Source: an uncultured Lentisphaerales bacterium (GTDB lineage Bacteria; Verrucomicrobiota; Lentisphaeria; JABSQK01; UBA12247). Taken from it: DNA of 64,000 bases. Shown piece after piece: positions 1 to 9,452 of this stretch (position 1 is its first letter; each line of letters begins with the position of its first letter). The notes under the pieces were generated by a model. The model was not told the DNA's origin and did no database searches. It saw only the letters and a list, made by a program, of their open reading frames with translations. Made by a program: the position numbers and the translations under genes. The DNA lies in assembly GCA_943788985.1 (NCBI GenBank), contig CALSSJ010000002.1:81001-145000 (forward strand), in the 5' to 3' direction.

Positions 1-1
1 G

Positions 2-808
2 AACGATGATTCCGCCGCCTTCGCGAGGAATGGCAAAAATCTTTCCTCTGTACTGCTCAATCGTTAGCCGGCAGTAGTACAACCCTAGGCCCCCATGGCT
101 GTGGCTCGGCTTTGTGGAGTACCCTGCGGCAAAGATCTGTTCACACTGATTCTCCCTCAGTCCTGCACCGCTATCCATGATCTGGCAGATAGCCTGGCCC
201 CGCTCAGAAAACGCCTTGGCTATGAGGCTTTTCTTGCCGGGAGCACCTTCCATCGCTTCCATCCCATTCTTCAGCAAATTCAGCACAACCTGTGTAATCT
301 GCGCGGCATCCACCATCACGCAGGGCGTGTCCGCGAAGTCTGTGTGGATGTTCACGCCGCGGCGCGTTGCGGACTCCGTAATCATGCGTGTACAATCCGC
401 GAGAACTGCTGGAATTGACGTGAGGTGCGGATTGCCATCGCCAGAAGCCATGCGGCGCTGGACGTCGATGATATCGCCGATGTGCCGGAGCTTGGTGTCG
501 AGTGCGCCGAGCAGCTGGTTTTGCCGCATCAGCGCTGTCTGTTGATGTTCGAGAAGCTCTGCCAGAGCCTGCACGTAATCGCTGGCTGGGGTGTCAGACT
601 CGCCGGTTGCTGCGGCCCGTAGTGCTGGCAGCAGATCCGAGAGCATGTAATCAAGGGCCTCGGTATCCGTTGTCTCTCGCAAGCTATCGATCGTCAGTTT
701 TGCGATCGTCGCAACATTTCCGATATTATGAAAGGCGTTCGCATTCAGCTGAACAATGTTCGCCGACCGAACCTCCTCGAATTGCTCAGAGTCTGGTCGC
801 GCGCTCAT
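2..808 (-). CDS. Sensor-less histidine kinase (HisKA-like + HATPase_c), runs off the left edge
   Basis: Not in the ORF track; hand translation from ATG at 808 gives MSARPDSEQ...AFHNIGN (H-box) ...QITQVVLNLLKNGMEAM (N-box) ...IMDSGAG (G1) ...IFAAGYSTK...GGLGL (F/G2). Starts 5 bp after the hpt stop. Confidence 0.85.
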   Translation of the reverse strand, partial: MSARPDSEQFEEVRSANIVQLNANAFHNIGNVATIAKLTIDSLRETTDTEALDYMLSDLLPALRAAATGESDTPASDYVQALAELLEHQQTALMRQNQLLGALDTKLRHIGDIIDVQRRMASGDGNPHLTSIPAVLADCTRMITESATRRGVNIHTDFADTPCVMVDAAQITQVVLNLLKNGMEAMEGAPGKKSLIAKAFSERGQAICQIMDSGAGLRENQCEQIFAAGYSTKPSHSHGGLGLYYCRLTIEQYRGKIFAIPREGGGIIV

Positions 809-812
809 ATGT

Positions 813-1358
813 TCAGGCTTCAGGCGTCGCGTAACAGGCTGGGGAAAGGACGCCAACAAAGCCTAAGTGGCGGTACCGCTCGTTGTAGTCGAGGCCGTAG
901 CCCACGACCCATTCGTCACGAATGTGAAAGCCAGCGTAATCCGCTTCGAGCCCTCGCTCTTGATCATGCTGCTTATCAAGCAGGACACAGGTTTTGACGT
1001 CGTGTGCACCTTGATCCCGCACGGCCTGCACCAAGTTCTCCAGCGTGACACCGGTGTCCAGAATGTCGTCCACGATCACCACGTCTCGGCCTCGCACATC
1101 CAGCTTGCACCGCGAGCGTATGTCCAGGTTTTCGCGCGATACCGTGCCGGAATAGGACGATGCAGAGATCGTATCGAGCTGAAGTGGGATCGTAATTTGG
1201 CGCACAAGATCCGCGCCGAATATCACGGCACCGTTTGAAACGATGATGATTGTAAGGTGTCGCTCCCTATAATCATCGCTAATCCGCGCACCGAGTTCAG
1301 CTACGCGTTGCGCAATCTGCTCTACAGAAATCAGTTCTTCGTCGATATCGTCCAGCAC
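813..1358 (-). CDS. hpt: Hypoxanthine phosphoribosyltransferase
   Basis: PRPP-binding VVIVDDILDTGVTL and WVVGYGLDYNERYR motifs. Confidence 0.93.
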   Translation of the reverse strand: MLDDIDEELISVEQIAQRVAELGARISDDYRERHLTIIIVSNGAVIFGADLVRQITIPLQLDTISASSYSGTVSRENLDIRSRCKLDVRGRDVVIVDDILDTGVTLENLVQAVRDQGAHDVKTCVLLDKQHDQERGLEADYAGFHIRDEWVVGYGLDYNERYRHLGFVGVLSPACYATPEA

Positions 1359-1430
1359 TTATGCCTCCAACTAACAGCCAAGCGTTCACTATACGGTATG
1401 AACTCGCCACAGTCCATTCATGCCCGGCGA

Positions 1431-2468
1431 TCAGTTTGCGAGGTTTGCAAACAGAGTTGAAGTCACATCGTGGGTCGTCACTATCCCGATCTGCCCTCCC
1501 TCGCCATCCACGACGACCAACAATGGACTGCGTTCTGCGTTGGCTGCATGGAGCACATCGCGCAGCCGCGTTTGCCCATCAATGGTATGCAAAGGTCGCA
1601 TCCAGGTGACCACGGCCTCCTCACTCCAGCGCTCTCGTGCCACCCGAAAGAGTGCGTCATATAGGGAGAAAACGCCGATCCACTCGCCAGCCTGATTCTG
1701 CACCGGAAGTCGAGCGCATTTACGCTTAATCGCGACCTTGGCCGCACGGGCCAGTGTCGCCTTCTCATCGACGGTCAGCACGTCATCGCGCGCCACCATG
1801 ATCGAGCGTGCTCCGCGGTTTGGCAGGTCGAGCGCGGTCAGCACCATGTTTCTGACATCAGAATCCACCAGTCCGGCCTCCTCACTTTCTAACAGCATAT
1901 GACGCAGTTCTTCGCGCATTTGGCTGGCCGGGAGTTCTCTTTCGTTCTCATCGTGCAGCAGGCGACGTTGGATAAACAGCGTGATGTGCGACAGCAGCTG
2001 GACCGCTCGGCCAGTGCAGCGAAAGAATAGGTAGATCGGCCACACGGCCAGGCGACAGCGATTGAACGGCTGCTGCCGAAACCAGACTTTGGGTGTCACT
2101 TCCCCGAATACCAACATCACCAGTGTCAGCAGCACGGTGGTGAGCAACGAGATCGCGGCGATTGCCTGGTCCCGCGTCATGACCTTGCTCGCTTCCTCCA
2201 GCAGCCAGGCTCCGGCCGCGGCTTGAATCAGATTATCAAAGAAGACCGCCGCCAGCACGTTTGCCAAGACGTTGCCCAGCAGGATGCAGCCGAGCATCTT
2301 AGCCGGGTTATCCAGAAAGAACTTCATATGCTTGGCTGCCGGCATGCCGTCAGAGACGGCGTGATCTAGGCGCGCCTGCCGGACCTGAATCATGCCATTC
2401 TCAAAGCCGCTGAATAGCGCCGAGGCGATCAGCGCAAGAAGGAAGAAGATGGCGCATGCCTCAATCAC
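1431..2468 (-). CDS. CNNM/DUF21 + CBS membrane protein (hemolysin/CorB family)
   Basis: SALFSGFENG, ILLGNVLAN and VFGEVTPK motifs followed by a CBS pair. Confidence 0.88.
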   Translation of the reverse strand: MIEACAIFFLLALIASALFSGFENGMIQVRQARLDHAVSDGMPAAKHMKFFLDNPAKMLGCILLGNVLANVLAAVFFDNLIQAAAGAWLLEEASKVMTRDQAIAAISLLTTVLLTLVMLVFGEVTPKVWFRQQPFNRCRLAVWPIYLFFRCTGRAVQLLSHITLFIQRRLLHDENERELPASQMREELRHMLLESEEAGLVDSDVRNMVLTALDLPNRGARSIMVARDDVLTVDEKATLARAAKVAIKRKCARLPVQNQAGEWIGVFSLYDALFRVARERWSEEAVVTWMRPLHTIDGQTRLRDVLHAANAERSPLLVVVDGEGGQIGIVTTHDVTSTLFANLAN

Positions 2469-3711
2469 CCGTTACCTCCCGAATCACGTCCACCTCCAAA
2501 ATGCGTCCCCGGCGTACCCGAAACACCTTGATCTGGTACTCACCGTTAGCCCACGTGTCACCAGTTTCGGGAACTGCTCCCAGGCCCTCGGTTACGAGTC
2601 CAGACATTGTATTGGCATTGGACTCGCCCAGCTCAAACCCGGGAATTGCTGCGGCAACCTCAGTCGCCGCCATCCTGCCATCCAGCCGCCAATGACCCTC
2701 CTGAATTCTGGCGATTTCCGGCGGCGGCCGGTCAAACTCGTCCAGCAACTCGTCCCCCAGAATTTCTTCGATAATGTCCTCGGTGCTCAGCAGCCCACTC
2801 ACGCCGCCGAACTCGTCCACCATCATTGCAATTGGCGCCCGTCGTGCACGCAACTGGCCCAGTACCTGGCTTAGAGATGCCATCTCGGGAAGGAATAGAG
2901 GCGTGTCCAGGCAGCGTTCCTGCCAGTGCTGCTCTTGGCTCGGGGAAAGTCTTAGCAGGTTTGCGCAATTCAGCACGCCGACCACATTGTCGAGGTCGCC
3001 ATCCACCACGGGCAGCCTACGATGGCGGGCCTGGCGCATCCGCACGTAGACGCTTTCGATATCATCGGAGGCGTCGACGGTACACACCTCTACGCGCGGC
3101 GTCATCGCCTGGCTTGCCTTCGTCTCCCGCAACGCCAGAATCCCGTTTAACATGTCCAACTCGCGCGCTGGAAATGCCCCCGCCTTCTCTCCCATGGCTA
3201 GAAACGTGCGGTATTCCTCGACCGTGATCGCAACCGACTGGACGCCCTTCCCGAACAGGCGCAAAAGCCTGCCGCTCACTCCGCGAATCACAAAGATAAA
3301 CGGACGCAGTGGAGCGATCAGGTAGGATAGCAACCGAGCAGCCTTCGGTGCCAAAGCTTCTGCCTTCGTAAATGCAATGGTCTTTGGCGTGATCTCACCC
3401 AGAATCAAGACGACGACTGTGCTGATCACTACCGCGATTACGGAGGCTGCGGGCAATTCATAAGCCTGCGCCACGCGGTTCACCAAGATTGCCGTCATGT
3501 TGTTTACAAAATTGGTGCCAAGCAGAATCGCCACCAGCGTACCGTGGTGGTCCACCAACAGCCGTGCCGCCAGTTTCTGATTCGGGGTTCCATCATCGCC
3601 CCATTGACGCAGAGTGCTTGGACCCAGCGAGAATAACGCCGTCTCAGATGCTGAAAAGAATGCACTTGCCAAGACCAGAAACAGAAAACAGCCAAGCAAC
3701 AAGACAATCAC
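2461..3711 (-). CDS. CNNM/DUF21 + CBS + CorC_HlyC protein
   Basis: SAFFSASETALFSL, LGEITPKT, MTPR and VDEFGGVSGLLSTEDIIEEILG motifs. Confidence 0.92.
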   Translation of the reverse strand: MIVLLLGCFLFLVLASAFFSASETALFSLGPSTLRQWGDDGTPNQKLAARLLVDHHGTLVAILLGTNFVNNMTAILVNRVAQAYELPAASVIAVVISTVVVLILGEITPKTIAFTKAEALAPKAARLLSYLIAPLRPFIFVIRGVSGRLLRLFGKGVQSVAITVEEYRTFLAMGEKAGAFPARELDMLNGILALRETKASQAMTPRVEVCTVDASDDIESVYVRMRQARHRRLPVVDGDLDNVVGVLNCANLLRLSPSQEQHWQERCLDTPLFLPEMASLSQVLGQLRARRAPIAMMVDEFGGVSGLLSTEDIIEEILGDELLDEFDRPPPEIARIQEGHWRLDGRMAATEVAAAIPGFELGESNANTMSGLVTEGLGAVPETGDTWANGEYQIKVFRVRRGRILEVDVIREVTGD

Positions 3712-3815
3712 ATGACGCTCCGTTTACATACCAGCCTCGACTAGTCGACACATTAGCTCAGCTCGGGCGTAAGTCTCTCTCAGTTTCCCCGCAGAATCCA
3801 CCGCTGGTTGAGCAA

Positions 3816-3841
3816 GCAGGGGGAGACCGAGCTCCCCCTGC
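3816..3841 (-). terminator. Stem-loop downstream of the hsp20 pair, probable intrinsic terminator
   Basis: GCAGGGGGAG-accgag-CTCCCCCTGC perfect 10-bp stem, 8 bp after the stop; weak U-tract. Confidence 0.6.
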
Positions 3842-3849
3842 GAGTGCTG

Positions 3850-4221
3850 TTATCCCACGGTGACGGCGATTCGCTTGGGCTTGGCTGCCTCTGCTTTCGG
3901 CAGAGTCAGCGACAGGATGCCATTGGTGATCCCCGCCTGAATCGCGTCGCTGTTGACGCGCTCAGAAATGCGGAACGCTCGCTCGAAGTTGCCCACGGCG
4001 TACTCCGCGTGGACCTGCTCCCCAAACTCATTTGGCGCCACGCGTCCCAGGACGGTAAGCACTTGGTCCTCCAGCCGGATGTCGACCTGGTCCTGTGCGA
4101 CACCGGGCATCTCCAGCTGGAGACACAGGGCCTCGCTGTTCTCCCAGATATCGACGCGCGGGGTGAAGCAGTGGTGGTTGGTTGCCTCGGTGGTCTCGGT
4201 AGTGAGGGTTTCGTTGCTCAT
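3850..4221 (-). CDS. Small heat-shock protein (Hsp20)
   Basis: FTPRVDIWE...LEMPGV...FERAF...NGILSLTLPK; start moved to ATG 4221 behind an AAGGAG RBS. Confidence 0.92.
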   Translation of the reverse strand: MSNETLTTETTEATNHHCFTPRVDIWENSEALCLQLEMPGVAQDQVDIRLEDQVLTVLGRVAPNEFGEQVHAEYAVGNFERAFRISERVNSDAIQAGITNGILSLTLPKAEAAKPKRIAVTVG

Positions 4222-4249
4222 GGTCTTGCTCCTTCTCTGGTTACGTAGC

Positions 4250-4663
4250 TCAGCATGCCTTGACGGCAATCTGACGAGGTTGATCCTCAATGCGCGAATG
4301 GACCGTGACCTTAAGTACACCGAGCTTCAGCTCAGCGGTGGTCTTGTCACCATCAGCCCGGAAAGGAAGGCGGAACTGCCGGCTGAATTTGCCGTAGCAG
4401 CGCTCATTTCGGTGATAGGTGACGCCTTCTTCCTTGGCCTGCGCCGGGACCAATCCGGACAAAGTCAGGACATTGTCGTGGACATTGACGCCAATGGAAT
4501 CAGCGTCGAGGCCGGGAAGTTCTGCGGTGAGGACGACGTGGTCGTCTGCATTCCAAACGTTTACCTTCGGCGAACCGCCGGTATTGCGCTGGGGGTCGTG
4601 CTGTCTCGAGAACGGCCAGCCGCGCTCGAGTTCCTGCCATGGGGTAAAGAATGCCGTGCTCAT
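4250..4663 (-). CDS. Small heat-shock protein (Hsp20)
   Basis: PKVNVW...AELPGL...ERCYGKFSRQFRLP...GVLKV; ATG 4663 behind a GGAGG RBS. Confidence 0.92.
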   Translation of the reverse strand: MSTAFFTPWQELERGWPFSRQHDPQRNTGGSPKVNVWNADDHVVLTAELPGLDADSIGVNVHDNVLTLSGLVPAQAKEEGVTYHRNERCYGKFSRQFRLPFRADGDKTTAELKLGVLKVTVHSRIEDQPRQIAVKAC

Positions 4664-4728
4664 TTGCTGGCCTCCTCTTCTTTGCGTTGTCTCTGCTCGT
4701 GTCACCGTGACGCAAGCTAAGACCCAAT

Positions 4729-4746
4729 TTGCAGAGGATATGCCAA
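4729..4746 (-). promoter_or_regulatory. Sigma-54 (-24/-12) promoter of the hsp20 pair
   Basis: Minus strand TTGGCATATCCTCTGCAA has exact GG-N10-GC spacing, about 65 bp upstream of the ATG. Confidence 0.65.
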
Positions 4747-4822
4747 AAATGAATAAAAATCGCTTAATCCGTTCTGTAACAGGTAGATGCGAGGATTTTT
4801 ATTTCTTACGGATTAAGCTGGA

Positions 4823-4850
4823 TGCGCCAGTATGGCTCACTTTTGGCGCA
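4823..4850. promoter_or_regulatory. Putative enhancer-binding-protein site (NtrC-like)
   Basis: TGCGCCA-GTA-TGGCTCA overlapping ...TTTTGGCGCA resembles TGCACCA-N3-TGGTGCA; 80-100 bp upstream of the sigma-54 site, beyond an AT-rich spacer. Confidence 0.45.
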
Positions 4851-4900
4851 GCGCACACCCTCGACGCAGGCCATCCCAAGGCATGGCGGCCGATTCATTC

Positions 4901-5905
4901 TTAGAAACTAGCGAGTACGTTCTTGCCGATCACCCGGCCGTTCTCCTGTTCACGATGCGCCGCGATCAGGGTCTCGGCGCTGATCTGCCCTAGGTTCTTG
5001 GTCACTGTCGACACCAGCGTGCCAGCGTCCAGCAGCGCAGATACTCGATTGAGCAGCGCATGCTGCTTGTCGACATCGTGCGTCTGAAATATCGAACGGG
5101 CAAACATGAACTCCCAGCCGAAGCTTAGCGCCTTGGGCTTGATTGAATTGATTTTCAGTGACTGTGGGGCATCAATCAGGGCAATATGGCCGCGCGGTTT
5201 AATCAGCTCTACGATCGCCGAAAAGTGCTGATCAGTGGCTGTGAGAGACGCCACATAACGCGGCTCAAGGCCAAGAGCTTTGACCTGCTCCGCCAGTGAT
5301 TGCCGGTGATCGATCACATGGTCGGCCCCCATCTTCTGGACCCAGGCAATGGTTCCCGGGCTTGATGCCGTCGTAATCACCGTCAGGCGAGTAAACTTCT
5401 TCGCCAGCTGAATTAGGAGCGAGCCCACGCCTCCGGCCCCGCCGATCACCATCAAGCATTCGCCAGCACCGCCACCTTCTTCCAGTGCCAGCAAGTCAAA
5501 CAACAGCTCCCAGGCAGTGATCGACGTCAATGCCAGGCCTGCTGCCTCGGCAAATCCAAGTGCCGCCGGCTTTTCCCCGACAATTCGCTCGTCCACCGCG
5601 TGTAACTCCGAATTCGTTCCTGGCCGGGTCAAGTTACCCGCGTAGAAAACGTCATCTCCCACCGTGAAATTGCGGACTGCGCAGCCCACCTCCCGGACCA
5701 CGCCTGCGGCATCGTAGCCAATAATCTTGGTGCCGGTCTCCGGCCCCATTCGTGAGCGGACCTTTACATCCACCGGATTCACCCCGACTCCGCGAACCTC
5801 GACCAAAAGGTCGCGCGGATTCAGTGGTGGCGTCTCTGTTACGAAATCAATCAGCGCGTTTGCTGCCGAAATCGGACCGGCCTGATTAACGCCCACAGCT
5901 TTCAT
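4901..5905 (-). CDS. Zinc-type alcohol dehydrogenase-like / quinone oxidoreductase (MDR family)
   Basis: [26 protein letters not shown] and WEFMFAR motifs. Confidence 0.92.
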   Translation of the reverse strand: MKAVGVNQAGPISAANALIDFVTETPPLNPRDLLVEVRGVGVNPVDVKVRSRMGPETGTKIIGYDAAGVVREVGCAVRNFTVGDDVFYAGNLTRPGTNSELHAVDERIVGEKPAALGFAEAAGLALTSITAWELLFDLLALEEGGGAGECLMVIGGAGGVGSLLIQLAKKFTRLTVITTASSPGTIAWVQKMGADHVIDHRQSLAEQVKALGLEPRYVASLTATDQHFSAIVELIKPRGHIALIDAPQSLKINSIKPKALSFGWEFMFARSIFQTHDVDKQHALLNRVSALLDAGTLVSTVTKNLGQISAETLIAAHREQENGRVIGKNVLASF

Positions 5906-6340
5906 GTCCCGACTCCCTCAGTGTGAACTTTCGGGATTTATAGCGTCGAGCGCGGAAGCTAGCAGTCTGTCGGACTTAGAGCACCGAAGCAATAAATCTT
6001 ATCGATTTCGTGCATATTTCAGTAATTGGAGGGGGCATATGCAGATAGATAGCCGAAGTCGCTGGAACAATGCGCAAATGGAGACGGTTTTGCAGCCGGT
6101 GTGGCTAAGTCCGACAGGGCGCTAGGAAGTACAGAATGGCGAGATATCGTCCTAGGTCAAGCATCCGTAAAATGCAGAAGTGTGACCGGAGAAACCGGCA
6201 GCGCTCTTCATGCACGTGAGTTGCATGCGGATCCACCGCAGCGATTTGAAAGGGTTTGCATCGGCACAATCGCGACCTAAGGTGCGACTTTTGCCCCGTC
6301 GTAGTCGGCCGTCCGCCATGCAGATTCTCTGGAGAACGCA

Positions 6341-7024
6341 GTGAAGTTCTTGCTAACAGTCTTGTCCCTTCTGGTGATGCTCATGCTGCCTGCGCACTGC
6401 TTTGCCGCAGATGCTGATGAAGTTCTCGCCGATGCGCGGGAACTGTATACCGCCGGAAGATACGAGGAAGCCCCCAGCGCGTACCAGAAGCTAGACGAAG
6501 ACGCGCTCGCCCCCCAGCAGGCCAGCGCTCTGCAGTGCCAAGCCAAGCCATTCTACATTCTGAAGCGCTATGATGAAGCACAAGCCGCGGTGGACCGCCA
6601 CGCGCAGTTTACCTCTGACCAGATCAGGCCCTATCTCAGGATCCCTGACATGGTCTGGCAGCGGAAAATTTGGCAAGAAACCGAGAAACTCGACGAAGCA
6701 GTCGCCATCTACAGCGAAATACTGGCAATGGACGGCGAGCTAGATCGGCAAAAACTGCTGGCGTGGGAAGCCATTGGCCCGCTCCTGGTCTCGCATAAGC
6801 GCCACAAAAAAGCCGTCAAGGCTTTCAAATTTTTAGCCCCGAGTCAGCTCGCCAACAACTGCGAGCGCGCGGGTGCGATGCTGCACCTAGGCCGTGCCCT
6901 GGTAGAACTTTGGGAGATTAAATCAGCTAGGAAGGTGTTTGCCGAAGTCGCCAGAACCAAGGAATTTCTCGCCACGCATCGGGAGCAGGCAGAGCTTTGG
7001 CTCAAGGATCTGCCGCAGCAATAA
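6341..7024 (+). CDS. Exported TPR-like protein
   Basis: Signal peptide followed by helical TPR-like repeats. Confidence 0.6.
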   Translation: MKFLLTVLSLLVMLMLPAHCFAADADEVLADARELYTAGRYEEAPSAYQKLDEDALAPQQASALQCQAKPFYILKRYDEAQAAVDRHAQFTSDQIRPYLRIPDMVWQRKIWQETEKLDEAVAIYSEILAMDGELDRQKLLAWEAIGPLLVSHKRHKKAVKAFKFLAPSQLANNCERAGAMLHLGRALVELWEIKSARKVFAEVARTKEFLATHREQAELWLKDLPQQ

Positions 7025-7070
7025 CCCCGACTCGCCTCCCTCCAGTCGCCATTAGAAACGGAACCGTCCC

Positions 7071-8816
7071 ATGCCTGCCGCTCCCAACGTTGTCTTTGTA
7101 ATCACCGACGATCAGGGCTTCCCTCCCATGGGCTGCCATGGGCACCCCTTCGTGCGTACCCCAAATCTCGACGGCTTTCACGCGCAATCCGCACGCTTTA
7201 CGCAGTTTCACACCGGCACCACCTGCGCACCCACGCGGGCCGGGCTCATGACCGGGCACTACTGCAACTCCACCGGCGTCTGGCACACCATTGGCGGGCG
7301 CTCACTACTGCGCCGCGACGAGTGGTCGCTGGCAAACGCAATGGGAGACGCCGGCTACACCACCGGCTTGTTCGGCAAATGGCACCTCGGCGATGACTAC
7401 CCCTACCGCCCGCAGGATCGCGGCTTCCAGCGCGTGGTCTGTCACGGTGGCGGTGGTATCAGCCAGCAGCCTGACCATTGGGGTAACGACTACTTCGATG
7501 ACACCTACATGGTCGACGGCGAGCCCAAGGCCTTCCAAGGCTATTGCACCGACGTTTTCTTCCGTGAGGCGCTCGACTTCATCGAGTCCAACCGTGATCA
7601 GCCTTTTCTCGCCTATATCTCCACCAACGCGCCACATGGCCCGTTCAATGTCGAGCCACACTATCGCGATCTCTACAAAGACCACACCACCAGTGAGAAC
7701 TACGCGCGATTCCTCGGGATGATCACCAATATCGACGAGAACTTTGGCCGCCTGCGCGACAAGCTTCGGGAACTCGAGTTGGAAGATAACACCATTCTAG
7801 TCTTCATGAGTGACAATGGCCAAACCGGCATCGGCGGCGCTCCGCCAGATATGTACAACGCCAACATGCGCGGCTTCAAAAGCAGTCCCTATGACGGTGG
7901 CCATCGCGTTCCCTTCTTCATTCGTTGGCCAGACGGCGGCATCTCCGATGGCAGAGACCTCGACCAACTGACGAGCTACGTCGACTTCATGCCCACCATC
8001 CTCGACCTCTGCGGCGTACCCGTGCCAGAAGAGCGTTCCTTTCATGGCGAGAGCCTGCTGCCTCTCCTGGAGGACACCATTGACTCACACTGGGCAGAAC
8101 GCGTAATCACCACCGACACGCAGCGCGTCGCGCATCCGCTCAAATGGCGGCACAGCTGCGTCATGAAGGATTCCTGGCGCCTCGTCAATCGCAACGAGCT
8201 GTACCACATCACCGATGATCCGAGTCAGACCCAAGACATCAGTGCAGCGCATCCAGACCTCGTCGTCGAACTACAAGATCAGTACGAGCGGTGGTGGGAG
8301 CTATGCTCTCGCCAAGACAACGACGAGATTCCCATCTCTATCGGCTCTGACGCGCAGGAAATCACCGTCTTGCGGACCCATGACATCCGCAACGAGCAGG
8401 ACCACATGGGCGTCTGGGACCAATCCCAAGTCCGCCAAGGTGGCCAAGCCCATGGCTGGTGGGACGTCATGGTCGAGGCCGCTGGCGAGTACGAGTTTGA
8501 CCTGCGTCGGTGGCCCGACGAAGCTGGCCACCGAGTCCGCGGGGGGATTGAGGGCGACGACATTGTCTATCGCGAGGATGGCATCCAGCCTGGCGCCGAA
8601 GGCACCTACTCCGGCGGCGTTGCTTTAGACATCAACACAGCCGCTCTCTACATCTCCGGCATGCCCGAGAGCTGGGTCCCCGTAAACGATCAGGATCGCG
8701 GCACGGTCATTCGCGTCTCTCTGTCTGAAGGGCTGCGCAAGGTACGGGCCCAATTCTCAGCCTCATCCGGATTTTACAGCTCCGCCTACTACGTCTACGT
8801 GCGTCGCGTTTCCTAG
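7071..8816 (+). CDS. Arylsulfatase (Cys-type, formylglycine-dependent)
   Basis: PNVVFVITDDQG, CAPTRAGLMTG, GKWHLG and SDNG motifs. Confidence 0.95.
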   Translation: MPAAPNVVFVITDDQGFPPMGCHGHPFVRTPNLDGFHAQSARFTQFHTGTTCAPTRAGLMTGHYCNSTGVWHTIGGRSLLRRDEWSLANAMGDAGYTTGLFGKWHLGDDYPYRPQDRGFQRVVCHGGGGISQQPDHWGNDYFDDTYMVDGEPKAFQGYCTDVFFREALDFIESNRDQPFLAYISTNAPHGPFNVEPHYRDLYKDHTTSENYARFLGMITNIDENFGRLRDKLRELELEDNTILVFMSDNGQTGIGGAPPDMYNANMRGFKSSPYDGGHRVPFFIRWPDGGISDGRDLDQLTSYVDFMPTILDLCGVPVPEERSFHGESLLPLLEDTIDSHWAERVITTDTQRVAHPLKWRHSCVMKDSWRLVNRNELYHITDDPSQTQDISAAHPDLVVELQDQYERWWELCSRQDNDEIPISIGSDAQEITVLRTHDIRNEQDHMGVWDQSQVRQGGQAHGWWDVMVEAAGEYEFDLRRWPDEAGHRVRGGIEGDDIVYREDGIQPGAEGTYSGGVALDINTAALYISGMPESWVPVNDQDRGTVIRVSLSEGLRKVRAQFSASSGFYSSAYYVYVRRVS

Positions 8817-8867
8817 GATAGGTCAGCTGGCTGCTTGGCGCCAGCACCCCGCCGCAGTTCCAGTGAT

Positions 8868-9350
8868 CTACTTGCGCCGGGGGCGAATCACCAGAACTTC
8901 GGTGGCCCAGAACTCTTCGAGATCGTAGAGCATCTGCCTCAGGCGGCTACGAGACGAGCCGCTTGACGACTGAAGGGCGTCGACTTCGTCGCGAATCTGG
9001 GCGAAGTGCCCATTCATGTTGACGACGCGTCCGGCCAAAATCTGGGCTACGTTGAGGGCCGCGGCAGAGTCAGCGCCCAAGAAGTTGTTGAAGTCTTCGA
9101 TGACATACACTGTGGCATTGGTCTTGGCAGTGACGGTCGCCGACACCTCACAGCCTAGCAAGGCCGAAATTTCACCGATGACCGCGCCTTCCGTATCCAC
9201 TTTGCAGACTACGTTTCCAGACACAGAAACTGAAAGGGTCCCGCTCTGCAAAATGTAGGCCTGTGACTTGCGCGCGCCTTGTTCGAGGATGATTTCTCCT
9301 GCAGAAAAACTGCGGGAGGGCAAGTTAGAGATATCCAGACTTGCTTCCAT
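8868..9350 (-). CDS. Cyclic-nucleotide-binding domain protein
   Basis: AGEIILEQG...YILQSG...GAVIGEISAL...SATVTA; ATG 9350 behind GGAGG. Confidence 0.85.
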   Translation of the reverse strand: MEASLDISNLPSRSFSAGEIILEQGARKSQAYILQSGTLSVSVSGNVVCKVDTEGAVIGEISALLGCEVSATVTAKTNATVYVIEDFNNFLGADSAAALNVAQILAGRVVNMNGHFAQIRDEVDALQSSSGSSRSRLRQMLYDLEEFWATEVLVIRPRRK

Positions 9351-9452
9351 GATTGCCTCCACTTCTCTGAGATGGGCGAGCGCCCCCTGCCTGCCTGCAA
9401 GTTACGCACGCCGTATTCATTTGACAAGTGGTATACGAAAAAGGATCAGTTG

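Noticed and set aside
5906..6340. Remnant of a divergent LysR regulator upstream of the MDR oxidoreductase (GGAGGGGG RBS then MQIDS...)
   Set aside because: No HTH-like sequence follows; too little evidence to call.
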